A stretch of DNA of 53,733 nt, from IMG/VR virus record IMGVR_UViG_3300025600_000023, positions 1 to 53,733 of that record. The stretch is one strand, 5' to 3'. The notes under the pieces are model-generated. The model made no database searches, was not told where the DNA came from, and saw nothing but the letters and a program-made list of their open reading frames with translations. Positions 18,794 through 29,359 of this stretch are shown piece by piece. The position numbers were made by a program, and so were the translations under genes. Origin of the DNA: a virus. Its lineage: Duplodnaviria > Caudoviricetes. The first letter of the stretch is position 1. Each line of letters opens with the position of its first letter.

Positions 18794-19252
18794 CTACCAG
18801 TTATCCGAATGCGCCAGTTCCGATTTCATCTCGGCGTAACCGACCGCGTTACCGTAGGCGACATCGGGATGCACGCCACGGGCGACCTGACAGCCAGGAC
18901 ACAGCATCTCGCCGTCGTAGTCCTCACAGGTGCATTCGTGCGCAGCTTCGATCACCGGCTTCACCGCCGCTTTTGCATTGGCGACCTCGCAGAGCTGGCG
19001 ATGGTAGCGCTTGATCTTGTTGCGTCCGATGACAAGCTGACGATCACTGAGTCCGCGACCGTTCTTGATCTGCAACGCCAGCGAAGTCATGAACTCGGCG
19101 TCGAACGCGCCGAAGCCGACGCCATTCCTGTTCTTGGTGGTGTGCGAGTGTTTCTCGTCCTCGGTCTGACGCTCGTAGATCGTCACGATGGCTCGCATGA
19201 CGGCTTTCGGGTTGGCATCAAGCAGCTCCTTGATGCGCGTTTCGTTCCACAT
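18794..19252 (-). CDS. Conserved phage hypothetical protein (ends SDNW)
   Basis: IYERQTEDEK...NGVGF...DAEFMTSLA. Confidence 0.7.
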   Translation of the reverse strand: MWNETRIKELLDANPKAVMRAIVTIYERQTEDEKHSHTTKNRNGVGFGAFDAEFMTSLALQIKNGRGLSDRQLVIGRNKIKRYHRQLCEVANAKAAVKPVIEAAHECTCEDYDGEMLCPGCQVARGVHPDVAYGNAVGYAEMKSELAHSDNW

Positions 19253-19836
19253 GGTCCTTCTCCCGGTTGATGCAGCGATGCGCTGCGACAACTGCATTAT
19301 TCAGCACTGACTGAGGCGCATACGCGCAACTCAGTGGATTGCGATCTTTGTCCTGCCGATGCTTTCAACCAGGCTGATGCCTTCGAAGTAACGGGCGCCG
19401 GCGATGTCGCCAGCGACAAACATTTCCTTGACGAGTTTCCAGCTTTCCCGCGTGACTGCCGTCTCTGCGGTATGAACCGACAGCGTGTTGTTGGGCCACA
19501 CGACTTGAATGTTGCCTTGCTGAATCATGATGCTTCCTCTCGTTCGTTTGACTGACTTCAGTCTATCGCTTCAGGTCAGGAAATAGCGCGGACAACCCGC
19601 TTTGCCTAACCGCCCTGCCCGCCATTACATTTCGCCCTTGTCGCGACCCGAACCACCCGGTTTGGCGACGCACGGCAGCCCGTTGGCCTCGCGCTTAAAA
19701 TCCCGGTTGATAGTCGGGTATCACCTTGCCCACACTCGCGAGGCCAAGCGTTGCTGAATTTCCGTCTCCGTGACACCTATCGGGCACCAAGAAAACCAGG
19801 AGTTTAGCGCCTGGTTATTGGTCAGTCAAGGCTGAC

Positions 19837-20199
19837 TTACCAACTATCGCCAACAGCGACGGTAGTAGGCATGTGTGGCGCGACGTACTTGGTGGGCTGT
19901 CGCTTGGCGACAGGCGTCATCTTGATCTGCGATATGCCAACGCGCCAATTCTTGCCAGGCTCAATCGAGTCGCCGACCTCAACAACGGACGCGGTTTTCT
20001 GGTTGATCTTCGTGATCTGGACTTTCCGCCAAATGCCTACCGGGTGCTGAAACTCGCCATAGCGACCGACGATAACCCGAGTGTCCAGACGGTCAGCGAG
20101 GACCGCTTCGACGCCGTTCTTCAGACTCATGAGCGCCTCGGTTGTGAGGGCTTCCAGCTTTGCACGCGGAATCATGTTTGCTCCTGGTTGTTTGTTCAA
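19837..20199 (-). CDS. Hypothetical protein (ends GDSW)
   Basis: ORF; RBS AGGAG before MIPRAK. Confidence 0.6.
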   Translation of the reverse strand: MNKQPGANMIPRAKLEALTTEALMSLKNGVEAVLADRLDTRVIVGRYGEFQHPVGIWRKVQITKINQKTASVVEVGDSIEPGKNWRVGISQIKMTPVAKRQPTKYVAPHMPTTVAVGDSW

Positions 20200-20327
20200 A
20201 GGTTAGCGCAGTGACTTCTGCCTATTCCGCAAGACAACCTCGGAACGCCCCAAGTCCTGCGCCCTAGTTGTTGCAGCCTGTCACCGCGCTAACCTTTGAA
20301 GAGGGCCGAAGCCCTCCCCTTGGTGCC

Positions 20328-21206
20328 TTACTGCAGACCGAGCATGCCCTTGACCTTGGCGAGAATCAGCGAGTCAGGGTTGGCAACGAACTTGCCCTTC
20401 TCGGACTTGGTGACGATCTCCAGCGCCTGGAACAGCCCGAACATCTGGTTGGCTTGCGACCGCGCAGTCCCGATGGAATACGGCTTCTTCAGCAGGTCTT
20501 GCTGGAGATTGCCCTTGTCGCCCGAGGTCAGTTCGCCTTCGTTGATCAGCAGGGTGAAAGCGCGGCGCATGACCTCGTTGAGTTGGCCGCCCTTCTTCAA
20601 GTAGCCGAACAGCATGACCGCCTTCTCCTTCTCTTTCTGGGCGAGCTTCCAGGTCTTGGGATTCTTGTCGTCGAGCATCGCCGCGATGCTGGCCTGACGT
20701 TCGACCAACGCTTCGCCTTCGAGCATCGCGTCGTCCATGTTGAGCAGCAGGTACTCGCCCTTGGCGTCGCCCAAGTGGGCAGCCACCTTCTGCGACGGTG
20801 TGGCGAAGTGGTCGCGCAGAGCGCTGCGTTCCTTCGGCTCTTTGGGGGCCTTCGGCTCTTTCGCTTTCTTTTCCTTCTTCTGCTTGGCAGGCTTCTCGTC
20901 GGGGGCATCCACCTTGATTTCAGCACCACCCTCGTCGCCGTGTTCCAGACCACCGTCGGCGAGCGCGGCTTCGAGAACGGCTTCGAGCGCGTCGTCATCA
21001 CCGACCGGAACCAACAGACCCTCGCCGGAGTTCATCGCCATGTCCAGCATGTTATCGCCGTCCAGTTCCGAGAGCAGTTCGCTGAGTGCGGCGGCATCAG
21101 CGGCAGCGCTATTGTCGATGGTCGTATCCACCGAGACGATCATGTTTGCCTTCAGTTCGGTTTTGACATCGGCGACCGGGGTGGTTTTGCGGGTTTTCTT
21201 AGCCAT
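20328..21206 (-). CDS. Hypothetical protein with acidic/Lys-rich N-terminus and possible DNA-binding C-terminus
   Basis: RBS AAGGAG; strongly host-optimised codons. Confidence 0.75.
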   Translation of the reverse strand: MAKKTRKTTPVADVKTELKANMIVSVDTTIDNSAAADAAALSELLSELDGDNMLDMAMNSGEGLLVPVGDDDALEAVLEAALADGGLEHGDEGGAEIKVDAPDEKPAKQKKEKKAKEPKAPKEPKERSALRDHFATPSQKVAAHLGDAKGEYLLLNMDDAMLEGEALVERQASIAAMLDDKNPKTWKLAQKEKEKAVMLFGYLKKGGQLNEVMRRAFTLLINEGELTSGDKGNLQQDLLKKPYSIGTARSQANQMFGLFQALEIVTKSEKGKFVANPDSLILAKVKGMLGLQ

Positions 21207-21702
21207 TTGAAGCTCCTTGAAGAAAGTTGGTTTGGCGATCTCGCCCTTGCTGCGTTTCGTTTCGACAGATTCATTGTATCGACTGCTTTGTGGCGTCACT
21301 GCTGAGTTATGCGGACAACCTGATGTTTCCTTCTTGTTGCTCTTGTTCGGTGTTTCGCGTTGCGACAGAACGAACTTTACCGACCGCATCTAGGCGAAAC
21401 CGCCGACAACCAGGACAACAGCCGAGGTCCGTGGATTGAGGGCCGTCTCGCATACCTTCAACAGACGCACGCGTGATAGCGACCGCCAGGTGGAGAGTCA
21501 AGCGCTGGGCGAGGACAACATGGGTGGATTGATGGACGAGGGATCAAGCGCGATGGCCAGGTTCAATGATTCTGGAGAACGCCGCAACCGTCAGACGTGT
21601 CAGCTAATAAGGCGACTATGCTTAATATAGCAGGCGTCGCGCACGCTAAAAAACTTCAAAACAGTGCAGGCATGGTCGGCGATTTATTTTCCAGACCAAA
21701 AG

Positions 21703-21724
21703 AAAAGGCGACCGAAGTCGCCTT
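21703..21724 (-). terminator. Intrinsic terminator
   Basis: AAGGCGAC-TTCG-GTCGCCTTTT on minus strand. Confidence 0.75.
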
Positions 21725-21740
21725 GTGGAAGCGCAGAGAA

Positions 21741-22184
21741 TTACCAGGCGCCAACCTCGTCATCCGTCTCGGTAACGGGCACGTTTAGGTCTGGTGGCGG
21801 CGGCGGTGTGAGTACATTTCCCTCCTCGACAAAGGTCTTCTCGCCAAACTGGTCTTCCTCCATCCGGCAGCCGGCGTACCGAGTCAGAAACTCTTCGTAG
21901 TAGGCAAGCGCATCCCGCTCGTTGGCGAAGGTCTTGCCGCTATCGACTGGATCTTGACGCGGCACCTTGTTGCCATCGTAATTCCAAACCTGCATCTCGA
22001 AGACCGGATAGCAGTAGTCGAACAGGTTTTGGCAGTTGCGGATCTCCCCTATCCACTCCAGGGTCACGTTGCAAAAGCCGTTGTCGAATTCCTTGACGAT
22101 CTTGTAAGCGGGATCGCCACGCTTCTCAAGCCACTCGCTCTTGGTAATCTCCCGGCCCATCCGGTCGAGGTGCTTAGTTGCCAT
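21741..22184 (-). CDS. Hypothetical protein (ends EVGAW)
   Basis: ORF followed by terminator. Confidence 0.7.
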   Translation of the reverse strand: MATKHLDRMGREITKSEWLEKRGDPAYKIVKEFDNGFCNVTLEWIGEIRNCQNLFDYCYPVFEMQVWNYDGNKVPRQDPVDSGKTFANERDALAYYEEFLTRYAGCRMEEDQFGEKTFVEEGNVLTPPPPPDLNVPVTETDDEVGAW

Positions 22185-22680
22185 ATTTGCTCCAGTCGAT
22201 GTCGTTCATGTCACCAACGATCATACCGACGCGACGTTGGATTGGGATCAGTCCTTCAAGGCGTTCAATCGCTTGTCCGTAGCGCTTGCCGATCCACTCA
22301 TATTCCTTGGGCAGTGCGGCGACACGACCAGGCGCCGTGTTGTCGTAGAGGTCAGCCAGCTTTACCTGCATGGCCTCGCCGTGCTTCGAGGCAATCAGGC
22401 GGTCGATGAAGGCGCCATAGGATTCGCCTGGCCTGCGACTGAGCAGCTCCACGATGGTTAGCGTGATGTGCGAGTAGCCGGCCTGGTGAATATCACTTAG
22501 GGTAACGCCGCAGTCTTCCACGACATCATGCAGCAGCGCGGCCTCTCGAATGTACTGGTGCGCTTTTGGCCCGAGACGCAGCATGACTCGCACGGGATGA
22601 CGCCAATAGGGCTGACCGCCCTTGTCGTACTGTCCGTCATGGAGCTGCCGGATGCGGAGAATGGTTTCTTGGATTCTCAT
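22174..22680 (-). CDS. HD-domain hydrolase (SpoT/Mesh1-like)
   Basis: HDGQYDKGGQPYWRHP, AALLHDVVED, VKLADLYDN. Confidence 0.85.
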   Translation of the reverse strand: MRIQETILRIRQLHDGQYDKGGQPYWRHPVRVMLRLGPKAHQYIREAALLHDVVEDCGVTLSDIHQAGYSHITLTIVELLSRRPGESYGAFIDRLIASKHGEAMQVKLADLYDNTAPGRVAALPKEYEWIGKRYGQAIERLEGLIPIQRRVGMIVGDMNDIDWSKYGN

Positions 22681-22858
22681 GGAATGTGTTGGTCTTCGAA
22701 CGACTTATTGGCCCAACCGCACATTATGTCGTAGTGGATGGTCGCTGGGCCAAATTCAAGTCGATCAGCGTAGCGCCGGCAGGTCTCACGGCGATTACAG
22801 ACTTCGGCCGGGTTGTTGGGTTTCTCGCCATAACACCTGGCGATGTCGTAGGGTAGGC

Positions 22859-23080
22859 TCATGACGGCTCTTCCTCGACCGGGACAAAGGAGATCGCCAC
22901 GATCTTGTCGAAAGGAATAGCGAACGCGCCGGCGTCATTCTTGACGATAGCGTAATCCACATAGACCTCTGAGATTGTGCCGATTACGTTGCCGCTAATC
23001 AGACAGACATTCAGCAACGTCGCGTCATGCTTCGCTCGAAACAGAAAATGCTGGAAGCGTTGCGGGTAACTGTTAGCCAT
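22859..23080 (-). CDS. Possible Sm/Hfq-like fold protein
   Basis: Helix then LNVCLISG...GTI...DYAIVKN...IPFDKIVAI; pattern-level resemblance only. Confidence 0.4.
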   Translation of the reverse strand: MANSYPQRFQHFLFRAKHDATLLNVCLISGNVIGTISEVYVDYAIVKNDAGAFAIPFDKIVAISFVPVEEEPS

Positions 23081-23081
23081 C

Positions 23082-23678
23082 TCAGATCCTCATGATCATG
23101 CTGTTGGTGGCGACGGGATCAGAAAAGACAATATCGCCTGTTCCTGGTCGCATCATGAAGTTGCCGGGGTGAAAGTCAGGCACGCAGTCGCCGTAATCGA
23201 AACAGAAGGTTTGGATGCCTTCAAGCGCCTCGCGCATCGATTCTGGAAGCCAATCTTCTTGCGCAACCGTCCAGAGCGCATCAACCCTTGCATCATGCAT
23301 GCGTTTCCAACCGTTCTTGACGTAGTGGTTTTCTGTAGCCGATTCCGTGCAGTCGACGATTTTCTTGATCAGCCGTCGCTCCACCGCTCCCCTCGGGAAC
23401 TTGACCAGCTTTTCGATTTCCACAAGGTAAATCCCCGTGTCTCGGTACTCACCCACCATGCCAAAATCATTGACCAAGGTCGGGAAATGCACGCCCTTTG
23501 GCGCCCAATAGTCGCGATTCAGGTAGTAGGATTTCTCGCATGCGGTCAGCTTCAGCACCGTGTCGCCGCCGTCGTAGACCGCCGCAAATAGCCCACGCCC
23601 GAGCAGCTTCTTGCCACATAGACCGTTCTCGCGCCTGATCTGTCTCATGCGCCAGTGATGTAAATTGAAAAACGCCAT
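23082..23678 (-). CDS. Protein kinase-like enzyme
   Basis: LGRGLFAAVY Gly-rich loop, VLK, DFHPGNFM catalytic loop, FSDP. Confidence 0.75.
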   Translation of the reverse strand: MAFFNLHHWRMRQIRRENGLCGKKLLGRGLFAAVYDGGDTVLKLTACEKSYYLNRDYWAPKGVHFPTLVNDFGMVGEYRDTGIYLVEIEKLVKFPRGAVERRLIKKIVDCTESATENHYVKNGWKRMHDARVDALWTVAQEDWLPESMREALEGIQTFCFDYGDCVPDFHPGNFMMRPGTGDIVFSDPVATNSMIMRI

Positions 23679-23770
23679 TTGCTTCTCCCTTGCATCAATT
23701 CGATAGGTCTATTTGACCAGTTCAAGCTAGGCGTAACAGTCAGTGATGACTTATGCCTATGGACAGCAGA

Positions 23771-24067
23771 TTAGACCGGCTTCTTGGTGTTTGCGGTGTC
23801 ATCCACAACCAGCTCAATCCCCGCCGCGTAGCCAAGCAGCCCGGTAATGAATGAGCGCAGCGTGAAGCCAATGATGACGACCAGGCCCTTGATCAGCGGA
23901 AGCAGGCACATGGCCCACACCATGCGGGGCAGACACAGAATCGGCGTCACCAAGCCAACGAAGAGCGAGTTCAGATAGCTATCGTTGCGGATAGTGATTA
24001 GCATTCTCGGCGCTGGAAACCAGACGCGCTTCACCTTGAGGGCGAGGGTTATTTTGGACTCAGCCAT
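23771..24067 (-). CDS. Membrane protein
   Basis: Long hydrophobic stretches; start MAESK. Confidence 0.55.
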   Translation of the reverse strand: MAESKITLALKVKRVWFPAPRMLITIRNDSYLNSLFVGLVTPILCLPRMVWAMCLLPLIKGLVVIIGFTLRSFITGLLGYAAGIELVVDDTANTKKPV

Positions 24068-24978
24068 GTCTTTTCTCCGTTCTTTCCGTTCAGTCAGCGT
24101 AAGGATGGTTGTTGGCTTCGCGGTAGGCACGCTTGAACTCAGGCCAGTACCGCGACGGAATGGCAGGGGGAGGCGTGTCATCAAACCGGCCTTCTGCGCA
24201 GTCATGCTGACCGAGGTCAGCGCCACACATCCGCGCTTGATCGGCTTCGGGTTCTTGACGCTCCAAGATGCTCGCCATTCTCAATATCCTTTCCGTTACC
24301 AATCGCCGCCATCGTTTTCGATGTCGATTTGTGCGACGCTAAATTGTTGATCAACCACGCCACCGCGCCCATCAATCGCTCGCTGACCGCTTGGCGTCTT
24401 TTTCATTACCCAGAGTGTTCCGCTGGCCGAGAACAGCCATAGCGATTTCGGCCACGTTTTTGCCAATCTTTTCAGTTCGGCAATGGCGACTTGCTCTGGT
24501 TTGGTCAGATTTGCAGTCACGGATATCTTTCCGGTCAGTCATCTTCGGCAGCAATATCGAAGGGCATACCATCAGCGTCATCGATAATCCACGTTTCATT
24601 CTCATAGGCGCCCGAACCGACACCACCCAAAACAACATCTCGGCCAGCAGCGATAGCAATTGCCTCTTCAAGCGACTTGGCCTCAACCTCCGTTGCCGCA
24701 CTGACCGTAACCTTGCAACTCAGCCTGAATTTCATGCCATTTTCCTTTCCGTCTTGTTCGACGCTGAAATCGTTCCAGTCGCCGCGTTATTTGTGTAAAT
24801 TCCTGGATGGCAATACATCACCAAAGCGGCCCATTATCATCCAGCTCAAAATCCTCTCAAATCACGCATCGTGAACCTATTTCCGAGACATCACGGAAAG
24901 ACGAATGTTCACCATCCGCTCTTCTTCAAGCCCGTAGAGGGACTTGTGTTTGTAGGAATTAGACTGTAGATCACGGCG

Positions 24979-25263
24979 TCACACGAACATGCAAAGGCAA
25001 TCGAATTCGCTGTCAAGGCGAACGCCACAGCGAATCAGTTCGACAATCTGCGCTTCAGTGGCTACCGCAGCCAGGTCTTCGATGCCAACATCAAGCCAAA
25101 TCTCTTCGTGGTCGGCAGCAGAAACCATATCCTGATCGCCGGGGAGCAGAGCGTCGAGCAACATGAAGGCGTGAAGATCAGCCCGCTGACTCAGCTTATT
25201 CTGGACATTGCCGAATTTCAGGAACTCGGCGTTGTTTTTCTCGAAAATCTCTTTAACGTTCAT
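24979..25263 (-). CDS. Conserved phage hypothetical protein
   Basis: RADLHAFMLLD...SAADHEEIWL...LIRCGV. Confidence 0.65.
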   Translation of the reverse strand: MNVKEIFEKNNAEFLKFGNVQNKLSQRADLHAFMLLDALLPGDQDMVSAADHEEIWLDVGIEDLAAVATEAQIVELIRCGVRLDSEFDCLCMFV

Positions 25264-25597
25264 GCTTCCTCCCGCAAGTAAGAGCCGATGTCGGCGGCGT
25301 GCTGGTCGTCAAGATTCATATTCAGGCTGCCGGTCAGCTTCGCCAGCGTGAGAAGGTGCTGAACCCTGCCCGCCTGACGACCACAGTGAAAGTGCGCCGT
25401 GTTGTAGCGGTTAATGAAGTCGGAGCGAAGACTGTCGATTGCCTCCTCGCGAGTCTTCTTTCGCTGCCAAAACCAGCGACGAGCGTTCATTTCGTCGGCG
25501 ATGGCGGACTCCCGGATCTCCTCGATGTTCTCCTCGCGCTCCTCAAGGTAGCGCTCACAGGCCCTGATGACGAGCGCTGCTGAAATTTCAATGTGGC

Positions 25598-25972
25598 TCA
25601 TGCTGTTCCCCTTTGCTTCCAGCAAACCTCGGTAACGCGCTTGCAGGTTTCAATGTCGAACATGCCGATATGGCAGTCGCTCTTGTTGATTTCGAGTCGT
25701 TTCGCGAGCCACTCGTAGGCCACGCCACGCTTCATTCTTCCTGTCTTCCAGATTGGGTCGAATGCCGCATGCGCTGCCATCTTTGCTCTGCGAAGCTCGG
25801 CGTTCGCCAGGCGTCCGAGTGGATTCGTCGTACCTGGATGACAGCCAACGTAGGCATGACACGGATTGCAGCGATAGAAGCTCTTACCGTGAAGATCAGA
25901 GCGACGCGGATAGATAGCGGCACCCGTAACCAACTCAGCCGGCTTGCCGCAGTACGGGCAGACGACGCTCAT
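25598..25972 (-). CDS. DUF3268-like zinc-finger protein
   Basis: CPYCG...CNPCHAYVGCH...LGRLANAELR...CHIGMFD. Confidence 0.8.
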   Translation of the reverse strand: MSVVCPYCGKPAELVTGAAIYPRRSDLHGKSFYRCNPCHAYVGCHPGTTNPLGRLANAELRRAKMAAHAAFDPIWKTGRMKRGVAYEWLAKRLEINKSDCHIGMFDIETCKRVTEVCWKQRGTA

Positions 25973-26517
25973 GCTGCCTCCCGGTAGGTCGGAACGAAGA
26001 AGCCACGATCAACGCCGCGAAAGAAGCACTCAGCCATGACCTGAACGTCGTACTCGGCGCCGTGAGCCTTGCTCGGGTCGTAATCGACGCCAAGGGCGAA
26101 GCAGAGTTCACGCAGGTTTGGCAGCTTGCCGTCGGGGGTTGCCCAACGTCCGTTCTCGCAGGTACAGAACGACGGCACGCTCGGCAGCGGGGCGCCAACG
26201 CGATGCAACTCCATCCCGATGAAGGGCACGTCGAAGGCGGCGTTGTGGGCAACCACCAGCGCGGTGGCGTCGATCTTCGTGGAGATGGTGTTGGCCACGT
26301 CCTTCATCTTCGGCTCACCCGCCAGCGACTCGTAGCTGATGCCATGCACCGCCTGGGCCTTTGCTTCAATGGCACGCTCAGGATCGATGCGCTGCACGTA
26401 GGAATCAACCAGCTTTCGGCTGCCTGAGTCATAGGTGAGGATCGCGATTTCGATGATGCGCTGATCCTCCGCGAAGAGTCCGGTGGTTTCGGTGTCCAGA
26501 AAGGCGATCTTGGGCAT
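25969..26517 (-). CDS. DEDDh 3'-5' exonuclease (DnaQ-like)
   Basis: FLDTETTG, AHNAAFD, AHGAEYDV. Confidence 0.92.
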   Translation of the reverse strand: MPKIAFLDTETTGLFAEDQRIIEIAILTYDSGSRKLVDSYVQRIDPERAIEAKAQAVHGISYESLAGEPKMKDVANTISTKIDATALVVAHNAAFDVPFIGMELHRVGAPLPSVPSFCTCENGRWATPDGKLPNLRELCFALGVDYDPSKAHGAEYDVQVMAECFFRGVDRGFFVPTYREAA

Positions 26518-26565
26518 GGTGCTTTCCTTTGTCGTGTCAGTGATGACTTATTGTAACCCGTGCAA

Positions 26566-27105
26566 CTAGGACGGTTCGACGGCTGCGGTCGCATCCATCT
26601 TCATTGCCGCTTGCACCGTCTTGATGATTCGGCACAGGTATTCGTAACCGGGGTTTGGCTTCTTTGGCGTGCAACACCACCACTCGTCGCCGAGAACGTC
26701 GTAAAGCAGATCGCTGTGGGCGCTAGGATTGCTGGCTTCAACACACTTTGTGCGATCCCAAAGGTCACGCGCCTGATTTTTGTTGAAGGAGTCATCCTTG
26801 CGCCCCTCGATGATTTTGACCTTGAGCAGTTTTTCCAGAGCCTCGTCGTCGTCATCGTCAATCTTGGAATTGATGCCGCTCTTCAGCTTCTTGGCTAGGT
26901 AGTGTTCGTCGCAGCCGCAGAAGAAGTCAGCCAGCTTATTGTCTTCGCCCATGTGGCTCCAGTAATGGCTCCAGGCGTCACCAAAACAGGTGATCGTGAT
27001 CTTGCCTTGTCCTGGGCCGAAGTCTTCAACGATGACGGCAACCGGATCGAGGTTCTCAACGCCGGTGATGGTTAGCTTCTCGGCGGTCGATTTCTGGATT
27101 TTCAT
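26566..27105 (-). CDS. Conserved phage hypothetical protein
   Basis: 179-aa ORF with RBS. Confidence 0.7.
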   Translation of the reverse strand: MKIQKSTAEKLTITGVENLDPVAVIVEDFGPGQGKITITCFGDAWSHYWSHMGEDNKLADFFCGCDEHYLAKKLKSGINSKIDDDDDEALEKLLKVKIIEGRKDDSFNKNQARDLWDRTKCVEASNPSAHSDLLYDVLGDEWWCCTPKKPNPGYEYLCRIIKTVQAAMKMDATAAVEPS

Positions 27106-27613
27106 GTCTTCCCCTTGCTTGTCTCAGTGATGACTTAGCATAACCCATACAGCTTGGACAGCGACAGGTTACGCGAGTAGTCCTCGATCTTCATGATGTA
27201 GCGATTGGTGAAGCGGTAGCGGAATCCAGCGTCGTCGTGCAGCCACTCACCACACGGCGAAGGAACCGCACGACGCCAGCCTCGATTGCGAACATGCACC
27301 CAAATACCGCCGCGCAGGCGACGGTAGGGTTTCAGGAGGCGAAGCGGGGTCATTTAAGGACGCAGAACGCGTCAATGCGACTGCCGGCGAGTATACCTTT
27401 GATATAGCCTGCGGCGGTATCACAGGCTGTCTGCGAGTCGAACACCTGCATGGCGATGGCCGGCGAACTGATCTGGTTCTTGGTTCGCTCGGTTCCGGTT
27501 ATTACCGTCGAGGACATGACCCAAATTACAATCAGGACGTACATTGTGCTTCTCCCTTAAAAGTCGCGGCAACACTTGTCACCGCTGACTGACGCCACAA
27601 TACGCGATACTGC

Positions 27614-28138
27614 TTACCGATTCATGACACGCTGCGCCGGACCGCCAGGACGCACGGTGGTCGGCGTCGGCGCATCCTTCTCATCCTTCTCGACCACCGC
27701 ACGCGGCACATCGGCGTGAAGACCGTCGCCAACCACTTCCAGACGGTTGTGGTCGATCCAGCTCGGCGACGGCACTTCGTTGATCAGACCGTCTTCGCGC
27801 ATCTTCGGCACCACCGAGTAGCCCGTACAGCCGTTGATGTAGATCGCACGCTGGGTGGCGATGCCTTCGAAGCCGGTGGCGCGATCACGCACACGCTGGC
27901 CAAGCTCGATCATGGTTTCTTCCGGCTCGATCATGTTGGCGCTGACACCTTCGTCGATCACGGCAAGCGTGTGATGGTCGATGAACATCGCCTCGGGATA
28001 GGCGGTGGCGCCCTCTGCTATCTTCGGCTGGATGGCGATCTGCACGTTGCCGTTCAGTTGCTCCAGGCGTTGAATAGCGATGCCGGTGAAGCCGGAAATG
28101 AGGTCTTTGACGGTGCTGCCGAGTTTGATTTCGTTCAT
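27614..28138 (-). CDS. Protein with a tandem-duplicated ~65-aa domain
   Basis: IKLGSTVKDLISGFTGIAIQR vs IELGQRVRDRATGFEGIATQR. Confidence 0.75.
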   Translation of the reverse strand: MNEIKLGSTVKDLISGFTGIAIQRLEQLNGNVQIAIQPKIAEGATAYPEAMFIDHHTLAVIDEGVSANMIEPEETMIELGQRVRDRATGFEGIATQRAIYINGCTGYSVVPKMREDGLINEVPSPSWIDHNRLEVVGDGLHADVPRAVVEKDEKDAPTPTTVRPGGPAQRVMNR

Positions 28139-28333
28139 GGTGTTTCTCCTGGTTGTTCAGAGTAGGCGCGAAATGATGTCGCCTCGTGTTATTTGCTCCG
28201 CTCTCGCGGCTCCCCTGCACGCATCCCACTGGATCGAGGTCGTGAGACCGGCACCACAGGCGCTTTTCAGGGCAACCTGCAGCCGACCCAGAGGGCCTCG
28301 ACCAGCAGAGCCGTGCAGGCTCTCTGGAATTCG

Positions 28334-28921
28334 TTAAGCCGCAGTCAGCATTGGTACACCAAGGGCCTTCGCCAGCAGCGCATTCAAACCGGAAACGCAG
28401 ACCGCAGGCAGGTTGGTGTTCTTGACAACGTTCTTGGCCCAGTCCGGGATGAACGGATCGGACTCGGGCCAGACTTCAAGCAGCTTGGCGACCGTCGTTG
28501 CCGAGTAGAGAACTTGATTGATGCTCGACTTCAGTTCCTCTTCGCTTGCTTCGATGGCGTCCTTGCGGTCTTCCAGCTTGCGAAATTCAGCGTGGAGCTT
28601 CGCATCGACAACCGCTTCGCCGCGACGGTATTGCCAGCTTTGCGGGAACGCCATGTCTTTATCGAACTTCAGCGTCAGACGGTCGTGTGCCTTGACGTTC
28701 GGCGCGATCAACGCTTCCTTTGAGGAAGTGCGCCAAAACAATTCACGAGGCAGTTGCTCGATCAGCGCCTGATCCTTCTTGGCGACGATCTTGTCATAGA
28801 CCTTCAGCGAAAACGCCTTCCAGTCAGCTTCGAGTTGTGCCTTTTCTGCCGCGAAGGCGTTCTTCATCGCCGCGTCGTGAATCTGCTGGCGAAGGATGTT
28901 CGTGATACGGGCTGTGGCCAT
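28334..28921 (-). CDS. Nmad5 (nucleotide-modification-associated domain 5)-like protein
   Basis: RITNILRQQI N-terminus; TTVAKLLEVWPE...NLPAV...LN C-terminus. Confidence 0.7.
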   Translation of the reverse strand: MATARITNILRQQIHDAAMKNAFAAEKAQLEADWKAFSLKVYDKIVAKKDQALIEQLPRELFWRTSSKEALIAPNVKAHDRLTLKFDKDMAFPQSWQYRRGEAVVDAKLHAEFRKLEDRKDAIEASEEELKSSINQVLYSATTVAKLLEVWPESDPFIPDWAKNVVKNTNLPAVCVSGLNALLAKALGVPMLTAA

Positions 28922-28999
28922 GATGTTTCTCCTGTGTTTTGGTTCAACGCCGACACTCGTCAGCGCTGAGTTACTTCATGATACCAGATGAAAGCTGGA

Positions 29000-29359
29000 T
29001 TAAGCGTACTCGGTTGCGTTTTCCGTCTTGAGCAAAGTGTCAAGACGTGCGAGACCTTTGTTCAGCTTTCGCTCAATAGCGTCCTGCAGCTCGCCGGCTG
29101 TGGCGCCTACAAAAGCACCCTGCGCCGTCGCCACAATCAGCACATCAGCAATCTCGTCAATCAAGTCCTGCCGCGTTCCCTTGATTGTCGCTTGCGAAAG
29201 CTCGCCAACCTCCTCGAATAGCTTGATGATGTTCGTTTTGTGATCCGAGAAGCCGCCACTGCAGAATCCTTCAACGAGATTTTGTGCGGCGTCATTAAGG
29301 TCGCGAATTGATGTGATCCGCAAACCTTCAAAGATAACAGTCGGGCTGGAGGTCATCAT
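29000..29359 (-). CDS. MazG-like NTP pyrophosphohydrolase
   Basis: KLFEEVGEL...DEIADVL. Confidence 0.8.
   Translation of the reverse strand: MMTSSPTVIFEGLRITSIRDLNDAAQNLVEGFCSGGFSDHKTNIIKLFEEVGELSQATIKGTRQDLIDEIADVLIVATAQGAFVGATAGELQDAIERKLNKGLARLDTLLKTENATEYA

Noticed and set aside
19570-19820. Retron msr-msd
   Set aside because: No reverse transcriptase in the window
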